Shown: positions 1-12,764, numbered from the stretch's first letter. The stretch is DNA of 37,174 nt from Octopus sinensis (GCF_006345805.1 NW_021836830.1:1-37174), one strand, 5' to 3'. Made by a program: numbers and translations. The notes: generated by a model not told the origin, from the letters alone.

Positions 1-20
1 TATATCATATATATACATAT

Positions 21-596
21 AGGACCGAAAACAAAAATAAGGAGGGAAAAGGCAAAACAACCAAAGCTGAAACCCCAACCCCCGACACAAACAGCAGAGA
101 ACCCCCTGGAGGATCCAATGCCACCCAGTACACTTCAGGAAAGAAGAAATCTGGAAGGCACCGAAGAGCCTGTATGTTCTACCTGCGGGGCAAATGTTGG
201 CATGGTGAGGACGGCAAAAACTGCCGGTTCGCCCACCCGACACCCCGCCAGAACTTCAGGGGACTCAAAGAGAAAAGCTTTACCGAGGGAACACAAGAAA
301 TGTCTTCCAGGAAAACTTTCAAAAACGAAGTGCGCTCCTCAGATGTTCTCCGCAACGCAGCAGCTGAGCAAGAGTCTTTTTTATGCATGGCGCAAAGAAT
401 TTTCCGGCAGCTAACCTGGCTACACCAAGCACAGAGAAGGAACCCTGCCCACCACTATGCAAGACCACCACAGTCAACAGACACGGGATGGCCTCCCCTA
501 ACGCCTGCACAGCCGTCACCCCAATACTTTTACTATATATTGGGGGCCTGTTGCATCAAAATAGAAACAAAATTTCTTTCTTCAACAGGAATTTAA
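21..596 (+). mobile_element. Fragment of a gag-like ORF1 with a CCCH zinc finger, probably from a non-LTR retrotransposon
   Basis: The frame of track ORF 174..596 stays open back to base 21, right after a TA tract. It includes TGT at 171, giving CMFYLRGKCWHGEDGKNCRFAHP (C-x7-C-x8-C-x3-H) between a K/T/P-rich N-terminal part and a P/Q-rich tail. The LINE ORF1 assignment is inference. Confidence 0.55.
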
Positions 597-1321
597 TGAT
601 ATGCTTACAATCGTTGAAAATTTCAAATCTAGAGTTCAGCAGTGCGATAGAGATCTTAGATCTGAAAGGGATTTCAGATCTTTCAGTTAAGCATAGTTCA
701 CATCTTTTTGGTCCGCTAATAACTGGTGTAGATCATTAGATCATTTTCCACTTTAACATATGTGGTTTGGGGACCGCATATGCATACGATGTGACCTCAT
801 CAGGTTGTGCCTGATGACTATACCGAGATGTCAGACGAGATTATAAAACATTGTTTGGCATGTTCTCAGTACATGAAACTAATAGTAGCACATCAAGACA
901 TTTATTGTGTTTATAAAATAATATTTTTCTCATCAGAAGGAGTACTTTTTTGTTGATATTACCATCACAAACTCTCAAGAAAGCTGCACAGCAGGTCTTC
1001 AGAGAAGAAAACCTCCTCAGTTATGTGCTACATGGTTAGATACCACCGATTTCCTTTCTATTGATGTAATATGGTATACGTCTTCTAGTTTATTCAACCA
1101 ACCAAAATATTTCTGTCGCAGACTCAATATATAACTGTTTGTTGAGCATTTATGGTTATAAATATTTTACTATGGCTAATTGTGAAACACCGTGTGGCAT
1201 ACGTATTCGTCTTATAACCGAGTGTTCTATGTGTGTATGTATATACATTCATACGCAATATCTGAAGGTATACATATACACGAAAATATTTACACACACA
1301 TACAGATACGCAGACACACAT

Positions 1322-1325
1322 ACAT

Positions 1326-1372
<47 letters not shown>

Positions 1373-1508
1373 TATATACACATGTATATATATAAATATA
1401 TACCCATGTGTCATACACACGCACAAACTCACACACAATCTTTGCATGTATGTGTCCCTGCATCTTATAGCATACCGTTACGTGTGTGTGTGTGTGTGTG
1501 TGTGTGCG
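1322..1508. repeat. (TA)n, (CA)n and (GT)n microsatellite cluster
   Basis: Directly visible dinucleotide tracts. Confidence 0.95.
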
Positions 1509-2529
1509 TGAAAAGTGAATTGCATTCCTGAGATAATATCTTATTTGAGTCAAGTTAAAAAGGTTATATTGAAGCAGCATTTATGAAGTGAATAGCGATG
1601 TTAGTCAACAGTGGCACAGAAATACCTTTCATATCATTTTTGATGCCAACAACACTTCACAAGTAAATCGAATATCTCTTTATACTATATAGAACACAGT
1701 TTCACCTAGTAATTACATGTATTTATACACATACACACACCTATACACACTTGTGTGTATGTATATTTTAAAAATCGACGAGAGCACGTAGATAAATATC
1801 ATCGTTCTGATATTCGCTTCACCTTTCATCTTTTTTATTCTTATGAAAGAAAATAATTAAATATTTATTTACTGGAGTTGGAGATGAAAAATATGGAAAC
1901 TTCAAGTTTTAATTTTCACATATAATGGACTTTCGGCTTTAGTGTTGGCGACTATTAACATCTCTCACTACTGTTGTAAGGTGAAGATAAAAGCAAAGAT
2001 AGTTTGTGATGTTTATGCCTTTCCACCAAGCATTAGCCGACGCAGTGGAAACTGTAAGCATAAACCAGATATTCGAAATATTTATCTGTTTGTTTGATTT
2101 TCTTTGAGAAATATTTATGCAATTTGCAGAATAAAACCCGATCAGAGCAAATTGTGAAAGCAGCTCCACTAAGTTAGGGTGCGTACACTTTACATGTAGC
2201 TATTTATGGAGATAAACATGTATGAATGTTATGGGTATAAATAAATATCTCATTTCTGTATTAGTGTATGTGTTTCATTTCTGTGTGTATGCCGTATGCA
2301 CACGTGACTTTATGTGTATATGATTGTTCCAGGAAACTCTAACCGAGAACGTCTGGGGGTATTTGACGAATTTCCATTGTGTCATTAATTGATTGGATTT
2401 TAATGATGTAAATCAGTTTCCTTTGTTGTTTCTTTGAAAATCTTACCAGTTCCTGACTTTTCAATAGCCCAGAGCACAAACCATCGATCTAAGATACAAT
2501 ATATATATATATATACGTATGTGTGTTCC

Positions 2530-2960
2530 ATATTGGTTTATCATCATGTTCTCTTTCTTCACAAATTCACACGTGATGTACATCCCTTCTGGGCAGCCGA
2601 TATCTAGCTCAATGTATTAGATTTGTCGTTGTGCCATAACACATCTGCAATGGAAGCACTGAATTACCGTTTTCATTGGAATATTCCACCATTATTCTTT
2701 TTTTTCTTTTGAGAGATCTTTCTGTGAATGATATTGCTAAAAGTTACGGCACCTCTGTCATATTCGATTTTTTTTTGGGGGGGGGGGTAGCACAAGATGA
2801 TTATGGTCCACTGTTGTATTCTAATACATTACTTTTTGAATTTCTTCAAATCATCGCATTTCATTAGGATTCACTAACGCAGTAATGTCCATCACCTCAT
2901 CGCTGTTCTTGGCTCTAATTTCCTTAGACAGGAACTTGCGGTTCACTGTGGCACAGTATT
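2530..2960 (-). mobile_element. Possible very old RTE-like endonuclease fragment
   Basis: The minus strand gives scattered remnants in the expected order (GKLE-like, MDI, CYGTT resembling CYAPT, VKKENMMI) with many frameshifts. Weak. Confidence 0.25.
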
Positions 2961-3015
2961 TTAAAGTTTCTCTATAAAAGTCTACCCACTTCCATGTTAC
3001 GATATACATACATTG

Positions 3016-3017
<2 letters not shown>

Positions 3018-3079
<62 letters not shown>
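3018..3079. repeat. (TA)n microsatellite
   Basis: Pure TA run of about 60 bp. Confidence 0.97.
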
Positions 3080-3083
<4 letters not shown>

Positions 3084-3463
3084 AAAAAAGTCAAGGTAGA
3101 AAATGCTAAAATAATTTTATAATTCAGTCATTGAGACTTTTTCAACTGTAAGTATGGAAAACAAATTTTGGAAAAATTAAAAGGTGTTTTTAAAGAATAT
3201 TAGCATAGTATTCAAATCCAAGGGATATATATATCGGCTACAGCAATTCACTCTTCTATAGTAATGTACAGAACCATTCCGTCGCTGTTCTCCAGGGCGC
3301 TCATATTGAATATGTAGACAGTTTTATCAACTTAGAATCCAACAGCAGGCACATACAAACACGCAGACACAACTACGCATATATACACACACACACGTAC
3401 ACACGCGCGCACATACGCACAGACACATACATTATATGCATATATATATATATATATATATAT

Positions 3464-3535
3464 AATGTGCATGACTGATTTCATTTTTATAGACAATATT
3501 TAGCTGTCAAATGATCTTCTATATATGTGTTATAT

Positions 3536-3570
<35 letters not shown>

Positions 3571-3639
3571 GTGCATGACTGATTTCATTTTTATAGACAA
3601 TATTTAGCTGTCAAATGATCTTCTATATATGTGTTATAT

Positions 3640-3688
<49 letters not shown>
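3464..3688. repeat. Exact tandem duplication with 104-bp period, set in TA tracts
   Basis: AATGTGCATGACTGATTTC...GTTATATCCTTA occurs identically at 3464-3540 and 3568-3644, each copy followed by (TA)n. Confidence 0.95.
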
Positions 3689-3690
<2 letters not shown>

Positions 3691-4078
3691 AACATCAACT
3701 ACACGGTTGTGAAACCTATATTCAGCCGAAGTCTCTTCCACCAGAACATCTGAATATGGCAACACAGTATTAATATTAAGCGGCTTCAGCAGCTGTTATC
3801 ACGCCATATCTGATCCAGAAACTCCCGAATCATGTTCTTTCCAACTATCGAGGCCCGGCAATAATACTGTAGCTCCTCACTAGGTCGGCTCCCTCTAATC
3901 ACGTTTTAAGCCATGTCTTTCCTGCAAGTTTTTAACTGCAGCAGATTAGATGAAATAATAATATTTATTGTCGGAGAGCTTTGTAACTCCTTCCGGCAGA
4001 CCCAGCACCTAAAAAACAAATAATTCTGAATTTTTAACTCACAAGTTTATACGTCTAAAATTTTTCTATATATATATA

Positions 4079-4111
<33 letters not shown>

Positions 4112-4657
4112 ATATGCGCGATGGTAAAAAGGTACTTTTAAATATGTCTTCACATATTTTTATAGATATTGGATGATGGATGAATGATCCAAAAAAGCCA
4201 TTCTCACAATTGTAAACTTTATATCTCCTACATAATAGAATAAGAAACAAATTTTTCCATAGCTGTAAAAGGGAGATCTCCATTAACAGTTAAGATATAT
4301 TGCTATAACCAACGTTATTAAATTGTCTATGACAAATCTCCATAGAATCCAGGAATGCTGTTATGAATATTAATGCGTAACTTGATTGATATCGTCTCAC
4401 AATCTTTCTTCTGCTGGTGTTGATTGTAGCAAGGGAATGTATTGTTACATCTCACTGACTTCCACTTCACAGCCAATCTATGGAGACAGAAAAGCAGGAA
4501 TGGCCCAAGGGTTAACAGTTTGCGTGTTAAAAAAAATAAACGAATTGCTATGTTCGATTTTATTGCATTGCACTTAGGGCAAAGTGACCTCAAGCGTAGT
4601 TTCAGTTTGACCAATATCCTGTAAGTGCAATGTAGTAGAAAGAAATGTGGCGGAAGC

Positions 4658-4661
4658 CTCT

Positions 4662-4701
<40 letters not shown>

Positions 4702-4917
4702 ATATCTCTCTATATATCTATATATCTATATATCTATATATTCCCATAAAATATAAAAGGATTCGATACAGATGTACATACACGTACATGCAATGATTCT
4801 ACATAGTGATACAAATAACCAGTTCTTAGTGACTGTAGGTATTTCTGTGTGTGAGGACAGAGAGAAAGTGTGAGAGAGAGAGAGAGAGAGAGAGAGTGAA
4901 AGAGAGAAGAAGAGAGA
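4658..4917. repeat. (CT)n/(TA)n and (GA)n microsatellites
   Basis: CT run at about 4658-4697, TA/CT mix to about 4740, GA run at about 4872-4917. Confidence 0.9.
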
Positions 4918-7379
4918 CTATGTACTTTCAAGATATTGTTCCTGTAAACTCCATATCTCTTCGTTCTATTAGATTGGAAGATATTAAAAAGATAAACAAG
5001 ATGTCGGTGAAACAGTGTCTTTGAGAAATTCTAGTGAAAGCATTTCCTTAGGGTGCTGCAGGACAGTGGTTGGACAGGATTCTGTAGACACAAATTTGGT
5101 GGCGGTTTAATTCTTTACGAGTCACAAACATAATTCATTTACTCTTAAAATGTTTGCTAAAATGTTAAATATTCTTGAATATGTAACAAAATACGCCATT
5201 AGCATTCGTGCCACAACACAACATCTGCTGGAAAGGAAAACTTGGTGAATGTAAGCATAAAATATTAATTTAAGATACTAAAATGACTTTTTAAATTATC
5301 TTTATAAAAAAGAGTATCGTTTTGAAAATTGATGACGATGTTAGAATGAGTAGAACCGATTTTTTGGTAGATAGATATAATTTTTAGAACCAGATGTATG
5401 AGGAGGAATCGTTTCTAGAAAATCTGTATTTGTCATGTTTCCAGATATGTTACAGCTTTTTGATATCAAATATTTAAACGGTAAAGGAGACACGAGTGAA
5501 GCAAGTGAAAACGAAAAGTGAGCAAATGATATTCCCTTTTTAGAAAGTAGCAGCGGCAGCAGCGGCAGCAGCAGCTGCCTATTGTAGTTGTAAAACAGAT
5601 TTAAACATGTACATGTAGAATTAGGAAACATAGAAATCTCAGATGCAGCGTTTTGTCGAGAGTGAAGACAGAGTTACACCTTGAATAATTCACAGAGCAA
5701 CATGAACATCGTTAATGGGATTCCGTTTATGGAGCAAAGAATATGTGTCGATAAGCAGAACACATGACAGAAGGGGAGAAGCAACAACAACGATGATATT
5801 TCCGAGAATCTTTATTGTATTTTTTTTCGTCATATTTATACTTGTTCTTGGAATGATCGAACCACTCAGTGGCCACCATCATTTACCGTATTTCTTCAGC
5901 ATTAATATACTTTAACTGAGATCAGCTTTAAACTTAATGCCTTGTTTATTTATTTGTTTATATATTTATTTGTATTTATTTATTTATTTGTTTATTCGAA
6001 AGCAGTTTCGCTTTTATTAACCTACGCCAATATGAAGGTGCCCGTCTTCAAACTGATGAAATAATGAAATAAATGTGGATGAAAAAATTACCGGAGTCAG
6101 GTCAACCCGAAACCGATTAAAAGAGAAAAATATTAGAATTAATTATCTCAGTGAAACTGATTATGTAGATTGTTCCCCATCAGACAATAGAAATAATTGT
6201 GAAGAATAAGACGACAAAATGGAATAGTTAATACCGTGTGATATTTGTCAACCACATTCTAGGTTCCAATTTCACGGAGGACCACTTCGAGGTCACTAAA
6301 CAAAGGACCGATCAAGCACGAATGGATTTCTTAAATTTTTATTTTCATCTTTTTATACTCGGTTCCATAAGAATCTAAGAAAGCTGCGTCTACTTCGCCT
6401 GTACACCAATCGTTTCACCACAATTCTTTGGACATGACAATTATGAAAATCTTTACAATGGACATAGAAATAATAAACGAGGTTCGTCGTGATTCCATTG
6501 AAATATTTTAAATCACTTCTTGTATTATCTCAGAGACGTGGCATATGTTTAAATGGTTTGTTCTGGAAAACATGTGTATGTGGATTACACAGATATTCCG
6601 AGTTAGGTGAGGCCGAAATGGTTAAGGTCTTATGCAGAATCTACAAGTTGTACGAAAAACATGAGAATGTAGGGTAGTAATACGGAAGGTCTGGTGTTAT
6701 GTGGAGGCGGACATAAAAAAAGATGGTTAATAGAGGAGCTAAAAGGGAGGATATGATACGAAGTATGGGAGGCGCGAGACGTGTGAGTCAGGTAATAAAA
6801 GTAGTAATGACAGAAGTTGTAGCAGTTTTAGAAAAAGGATGAGAGATGGATCTCATACAAAATAAGTATTCATAGCGATACAATAACATTGTAATAAAGT
6901 GTCAGCGTTAAAAAAAGAGTTAAAGAGAAAATGTTAATGTTTTGGGTATAGGCTCTTTTTCAGAAGGAAATAATAACAGAAAGAGGGGAGAAAAGTAGTG
7001 AGAAGTAATGTATTTAAATAAGCAGGGCAAAACCATACAATAAAGGTGAAGCTATTGTAGAATCTTCACAAATGTTGCCATTAACGGGAGTATTAGAAGT
7101 TGGCAGTATCAACCACTCCTAATTTTCCATACAATGGCTGTCAGTGATGAATGGAATCATATGCATCATTCGTATTCCAATGGAATTTTGCAGCATAAAC
7201 AGGAAAGTGTCAGCTCTGTTTCAGTATGTCTTTTATATGTAAAAGAGTTATACTTCCGTTGTCCAGTAAGCAGGTGTAACAATGTACATTCATACCGCAT
7301 CGGTTCTCTACGCATGCGTCCATAAGTTGCAAACAAGGATTTTCGTGAACGATTAGGAACGCGTGCTTAACAAAAATAA

Positions 7380-7705
7380 TATTCCTTGTTTCAATGCCAA
7401 GGTAGAGGCCAAGCTGGAGCCCCAATACAATTTTTGGGTCAGGTACACTTATTCTATCGTCTGGTTTGTAGAACCACCATATTATCGGGACACAAACAAA
7501 CGAACAATGGCTTTGAAGTGTTGGGGGAGCCAAGTGAAAGATTTACATGACACGCATTTGACGGGCTTCCAAACGGTTTCCGCATACCAAGTTCACTAAA
7601 CGTGAGCATTGGCCGGCAAAAGACTATGGTGGGACACACGTGGCTATTGGTATTGAACCCGAAACCACGAAGCAAACTCCTAGACTACACAGCCATACTT
7701 GTGCC
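7380..7705 (-). mobile_element. tRNA-derived SINE, family A, old copy
   Basis: Colinear with the copy at 8900-9310 (CTTGTTTCA, GACGGGCTTC, TTTCCG..TACCAA, TGAACCCG, ACACAGCCA). Confidence 0.75.
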
Positions 7706-7717
7706 TTATATATATAA

Positions 7718-8072
7718 TCTTTTATCTTTTACTTGTTTCAGGCTTAAACAGCAGCAATGGTGAGGCAACGCCTTCAAAACTTTTAGTCGGACGAATCGAC
7801 CCCAGGATTGTGTTGAAACCTGGTACATATTCTCTCGTATCTTAAACCGAACTTCTAAGTTACCGGGACGTAAATACGCCAACACCTGCTGTCAGACAGT
7901 GGAGGGTGACAAGCAAAGACTGTCACAATTATATATATACTGTGGGCTTCTATCGGTTTCCCTCTACCAAATCCACTCACAAGGCTGTGGTCGATCCGAG
8001 GCAATAGAAGACACTTGCCCAAGATGCTACGCAGTGGAAAGCTAACTCCTTACCACACATTCAGACGTGCGT
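7718..8072 (-). mobile_element. tRNA-derived SINE, family A
   Basis: Shares CTACCAAATCCACT, TAGAAGACACTTGCCCAAG and CTTACCACACA with the copy at 8900-9310; the B-box segment is deleted. Confidence 0.85.
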
Positions 8073-8899
8073 CTCTCTCTTTCTCCCTATGTATATATAT
8101 ATATATAAGATGTTATGAGAATTTAGATATTTAGAGAACGTGAATTAATTCATTTCAGGAATGGTGAATCTCGAAGCAAATGTCGCAATAAATAATGATG
8201 CTTGAATATTGGTTTAGTAAACACCTTTGGATAGAGAAAGTTGTAGCATACTTTTGGCTTATTTTACTCAAAGGGTTTTTAACTCATTATGTACAAACTA
8301 TTATTCGGTTAGAGATTTTCTTCGATCTAAAAAGAATATATATATATATATATTCCTTCTAAAAGCTAATTTATTAAATTTTCTGTTATGCTTCAACAGA
8401 GGAGTCGATATTCTGTGAAAGTATTCAGTTAACGTTAAAGCGACAGAAGCAAGATTGTAATGTGTTGAAAAACTATTCCCGTCGATGACAAATGTGTATC
8501 AAAATTATCATCTCGCTGTTTCGATGATATGCCATATGCGCGCACACACACACACACACACACAGACACACACACAGCACCTCCGTTAAAGGATGTTGCT
8601 AAGCAACAATAGAAGGGGGAGAGGAAGCAATTACAATGCATGTCCCATCAATTTCCTTTCATGAATGTATTTTGTGTATTCTTTGAGAAAATTTTAAAAA
8701 TATTTTTCTATGTGTTAAGCGTCTAACGTAGTATTTTTGGTGCGTATATACTTTTGGAGACTTACATACGTTTGTAAATATATATCTATACACAAACACA
8801 CACACACATACACACACACACAAATGCATACATTCATTGGTGATTGTGTGAGTTAATATGGGCAGATAGATAGGTAATAATGCACATGATATATATATA

Positions 8900-9310
8900 T
8901 ACTCTTTTTTACTCTTTCGCTTGTTTCAGTCATTTGACTGTGGTCATGCCTTTGGTCGACCAAATCGACACCAAGACTTATTCTTTGTAAGCCTAGTACT
9001 TAGCGGTTCGGCAAAAGCGACCGATAGACTAAGTTACGGGGACGTAAACACAGCAGCATCGGTTGTCAAACGATGTTGGGGGAACAAACAGAAACACACA
9101 AACATATATACACACACGTATGTATATATATATATATATATAATATATATATATATATACGACGGGCTTCTTTCAGTTTCCGTCTACCAAATCCACTTAC
9201 CAGGCTTTGGTCTGTAGAAGACACTTGCCCAAGGTGCCATTCAGTGGGAATGAACCCGGAACCATGTGGTTGGTAAGCAAGCTGCTTACCACACAGCCAC
9301 TTCTACACCT
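8900..9310 (-). mobile_element. tRNA-derived SINE, family A (CORE-like centre), near full length
   Basis: The minus strand reads A-box TGGCTGTGTGG, B-box-like GGGTTCATTCCC and CORE-like CACCTTGGGCAAGTGTCTT, then an internal (TA)/(TG) tract and the tail ATGACTGAAACAAG. Several homologues lie in the window. Confidence 0.92.
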
Positions 9311-9342
9311 ATATATATATATATATATATAATATATATATA

Positions 9343-9395
<53 letters not shown>

Positions 9396-9399
9396 GATA

Positions 9400-9770
9400 T
9401 ATAATAAAAGGCTCCCAAATAAGGAAGCTTAGTGCTAGAGACACAAAGAGGGATAAATTCATGGAGAGAATGAAAATCAAAAACATTTACCATTAACGAT
9501 ATATCCCGGACTGATCGGTTTCTACCTCTTTCTAGCAAAACAGACAGAATATGTTTGCCAAGGCAAGGTTCGTCAGCGGGACGCCTTCCTAAAACTAGAT
9601 GCACAGAGCGTTAGAGCACATGTCGGTCTAACGATTTGTATATCTTAACTTTTCAAACCTCTGCGCAGACGCAAACTATACCCGGCGACATAGGGCATGC
9701 CGGTGAAAAATTTTACGAACAAAGTTATCAAGTAATATGTGAACATAATCAAAAAGGGTAATAACATAGG
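9400..9770 (-). mobile_element. Penelope-like terminal (pseudo-LTR) fragment carrying a hammerhead motif
   Basis: Hammerhead motif at 9503-9582, then about 100 nt of T-rich sequence ending in (TA)n on the minus strand. The upstream boundary is a guess. Confidence 0.55.
9503..9582 (-). ncRNA. Type I hammerhead ribozyme motif
   Basis: Minus strand: GTCCCG - CTGACGA - ACCT...AGGT-A - GAAA - C CGATCA G - TC - CGGGAT. Stem I is 6 bp, stem II is extended (TTGGCAAA/TTTGCTAG), stem III is near-palindromic, and the cleavage triplet is GUC. Confidence 0.8.
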
Positions 9771-9879
9771 TTGTTATTATATTTCTATATGAATAATATT
9801 TTGTCTAATGACTAATTCGTCTTTTGTGCTAGGCCACTGGTAATAATAACCTATGTCATTACCCTTTTTGATTATGTTC

Positions 9880-10011
<132 letters not shown>

Positions 10012-10039
10012 ACAAGCGTGTGTGTGTAGTGAAGATGCA

Positions 10040-10346
10040 TGGCCAGCTGGTTAGACTTTATCCACTGGCAATCGTGAAATCCGCACTCTCGATCGCAAGG
10101 TCGTAATTTCGATTCCCAGACCGGCGCGTTGTGCTCTTGAGCTAAAACTTTTCATTTTTCGCTGCTCTACGACCATTTTAACATGTGTCGTGTGCAACAC
10201 TCAACACCTGTAAAGCGATATCGATCTGATGAGGGGGGTGAGCTAATGTACAGCACAAGCATTTGATCCTTATAAACAAATCATCTGTTGGGTTGTTCAG
10301 CAAGAAATTAGAGGACCTTCATCCATCATCTAACGACAGGATAGTG
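10040..10346 (+). mobile_element. SINE family C: degenerate tRNA head plus RTE-derived body and tail
   Basis: B-box-like TTTCGATTCCC and CORE-like TTGTGCTCTTGAGC. Bases 10170-10300 align with the LINE 5' UTR at 12921-13050, and 10313-10345 resemble the LINE 3' end. Confidence 0.75.
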
Positions 10347-10568
10347 TATATTATGGCGGATGAGTCCATAATATACACCGAAAGAGTCCACGATAAATGA
10401 CGGGAGTGTCCTTTGCTTGCCACGATACCAATTACATTTCTGTTGGATTCAAACTATTTGAACATCTTTCGTTTGTCTGCAGAGAAGTTGTCTATAGACT
10501 TATATATGGCACTTTCTTTCTTAATCATCAGAACTTATAAAGTGTCTGGAATCACTTTGTACTTTCTA

Positions 10569-10857
10569 GCGTGGCTCAGTGGTTAGGACGCTCAGCTCAC
10601 GATCGTAACGTCGTGAGTTCAATTCCCGGCGACGTGTTGTGTCCTTGAGCAAGACACCTTACTTCACGTTACTCCAGTCCACTCAGCTGGCAAAAATGAG
10701 TTGTACTTGTAATTCAAAGGGCCAGCATTATCACATTCTGTACGACGCTGAATTTCCCAGTGAACTACGTTAAGCCACGTGCCTGTGGAGTGCTCAGCCA
10801 CATACACGTTAATTTCCCGAGCAAGCTGTTCCGTTGATCGGATCAACGGAATGCCAG
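10569..10857 (+). mobile_element. tRNA-derived SINE, family B
   Basis: A-box TGGCTCAGTGG and B-box GAGTTCAATTCC, followed by CORE-like TTGTGTCCTTGAGCAAGACAC. No intact tRNA cloverleaf. Confidence 0.85.
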
Positions 10858-10961
10858 TTGATATAACATTGGATTGCTCATGTTCAGTCCACTACAGGGC
10901 GAACGCCTCGGCATGTTCTTTCCAGCTACCATGGTCTGAATTTAAGTTGTGGTCATACTGG

Positions 10962-11047
10962 TCCACCTTAGTGGAATTTGAACTCAGAACGTAAGGACGG
11001 ACGAAATAACGCTATGCATTCTGCCCGCCGTGCTACCGATTTTGCCA
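10962..11047 (-). mobile_element. SINE family D, head fragment
   Basis: The reverse complement shares TTACGTTCTGAGTTCAAATTCC (22 nt exact) and flanking similarity with 12564-12660. Confidence 0.85.
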
Positions 11048-12099
11048 TCCACCCATCCATCCATCACACTTTAAGGATATGAACTCTATAGTACAGTGTC
11101 CAACTAGTAGTTGAGATTTCCATATATTTGCTTTCATTTTTGTCAACAACACTAAATGCCATTCACACACATACACTTTGAATTTCAGCAGTTGAGGCGA
11201 ACCTAAATTTTCCTGAAGTTTATCAGCTTTTCATTGAGCCCATATATATATGTATATACTTCACACAATATATATATATATATATATATATAATATTGTG
11301 TGTGAAGTAAGGCGCGACCCGTTGTGTAGCTACACCAGTGTGTGTCCTGTACTATAACACCAACAAACAGATTCGTGACGGGAGACGTTGTTAACTGTTC
11401 TCTAATTGCAAACAGGAGTTGGTGATTATTGTCTGCAGAGCCATGGAGACCGCTGGCAGAACAAAAGTCTTTGGGTAATCAATACATACGTCTACTATGA
11501 AGCTGAGATTTCAACAAAGAGATAATGAAGGAGTTAATAAGCCTTCCCAGCATCATCAGGAAACGCTGATGCAACGGAGACTAAATCCATTGTGTCTAAC
11601 TACCTGCCCATCCCCACTGACTCTCCCCCTCTCTTTCTCTGCAGAATCAGCTTTTTGTATTGAATATAACTTTTATCTCAATAGCAAACGGCAGAGCCGA
11701 TGTCTGTTGCACGGTTTTTGTGAAAAGGCGTCACACAGCAATACTTGACGACCAACTCCTAAATATCAAACGTTTCCTTGCACCACGTGGTCTTCAAACG
11801 AAGACAAAAATCCACCGTAAATGTAAGAGTGTAAGGTAAGGGAGAGAAAGACCTAGATTAGTCTCAAGTGACTTCCGGTTTTAATTTATAGTAATGTTAA
11901 AGGGACTTTTGTTTCAACCTTATGCTTATGTGAATGTGTGGAGAGGCAGAGGGCGCCCCAAGGCACTGGTCTTTAAAATATTCACAGACAGAAATATAGA
12001 ATCAGCCAAATCCAGCAGCTGATATATAAAGACGCCATTAAAGGAATACTAAAGAGTGAATAAGGTATAAAAAACAAAACTAGTGAAAAATAGGAAAGC

Positions 12100-12440
12100 C
12101 AGAGGCGTTGACTACTGGGTACGCATCTGCGCATTAGATCTTTACATTTTGGAATGCTGTCAAGAAGGATATGCCATCATATGTGGAAAATTGTTGAAAA
12201 TCCTGCTGTGAACTTTGGCAAACAAGAGAGCAAATGTGAAAGGGAGCTGGTGTCAGTTACCAAGGCAACCTTTCTCAAACTCTCAAGTCACAATCATAAG
12301 CGGTTCTAGTTTGACATTTAAAAGGTCCTCATTTGTACAACTGCTTTGAAACAAATATCGAGAAACATGATCAAAGTTTCCCATTGAGATTTTTAATATG
12401 TATCTCGATCTATTCCCGTCTAATACACCAGATCAGTTAT
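12100..12440 (+). mobile_element. CR1-like LINE 3' fragment (post-RT region), degenerate
   Basis: Translates with frameshifts to GVDYWVRICALDLYILE..., MWKIVE, GPHLYNC and PDQ. This matches the YWERL..L.LYSLE, GP.LFN and PDQP pattern of CR1-group C-termini. Confidence 0.65.
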
Positions 12441-12563
12441 CAGAACTAGGCTACAACCACAGTCACTTCTTTTAAATCCACCAATAAAAAACCACGTGAC
12501 GTACCCCCCAAGATGTTGCACTCTTGATTATATATATTCAATAGATATATATATATATTGAAA

Positions 12564-12764
12564 GGCGGCGGTCTAGCAGAAACCTTAGCACGCCTGGCGA
12601 AATATTTAGCGGTACTTCGTCTGTCTTTACGTTCTGAGTTCAAATTCCGCCGAGGTCGACTTTGCCTTTCACCTTTAGGGGTCGATAAATTAATTACCAG
12701 TTACATAAAGAGGTCAATCTAATCGACTGACCTCCTCCCCCAAAATTGCGGGATTTGTACAAAC

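Noticed and set aside
658-817. Short hairpins AGATCTGAAA/TTTCAGATCT (658-681) and TCATCAGG/CCTGATGA (797-817); the latter contains CTGATGA
   Set aside because: No stem II, GAAA or stem III follows the CTGATGA, and isolated 8-10 bp stems are unremarkable in AT-rich DNA.
1124-1580. ORFs rich in YI, HT or CV dipeptides (also near 9073-9604, 19471-19931, 28766-29766, 31288-31815 and 33702-34040)
   Set aside because: They are translations of stop-free dinucleotide microsatellites.
3080-3150. Hammerhead-like remnant on the minus strand (TTGAAAA-AGTC-TCAAT-GACT-GAA) and a short inverted repeat
   Set aside because: The core deviates from CUGANGA and stems I and III are missing; at most a dead Penelope terminal remnant.
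6930-6970. Minus-strand CTGAAAA-AGAGCCTATACCC-AAAACATT resembling a hammerhead
   Set aside because: Both core boxes are mutated and there is no supportable stem I.
10569-10632. tRNA-like sequence with A and B boxes
   Set aside because: The anticodon and acceptor stems do not pair and it continues into a SINE body, so it is not a tRNA gene.
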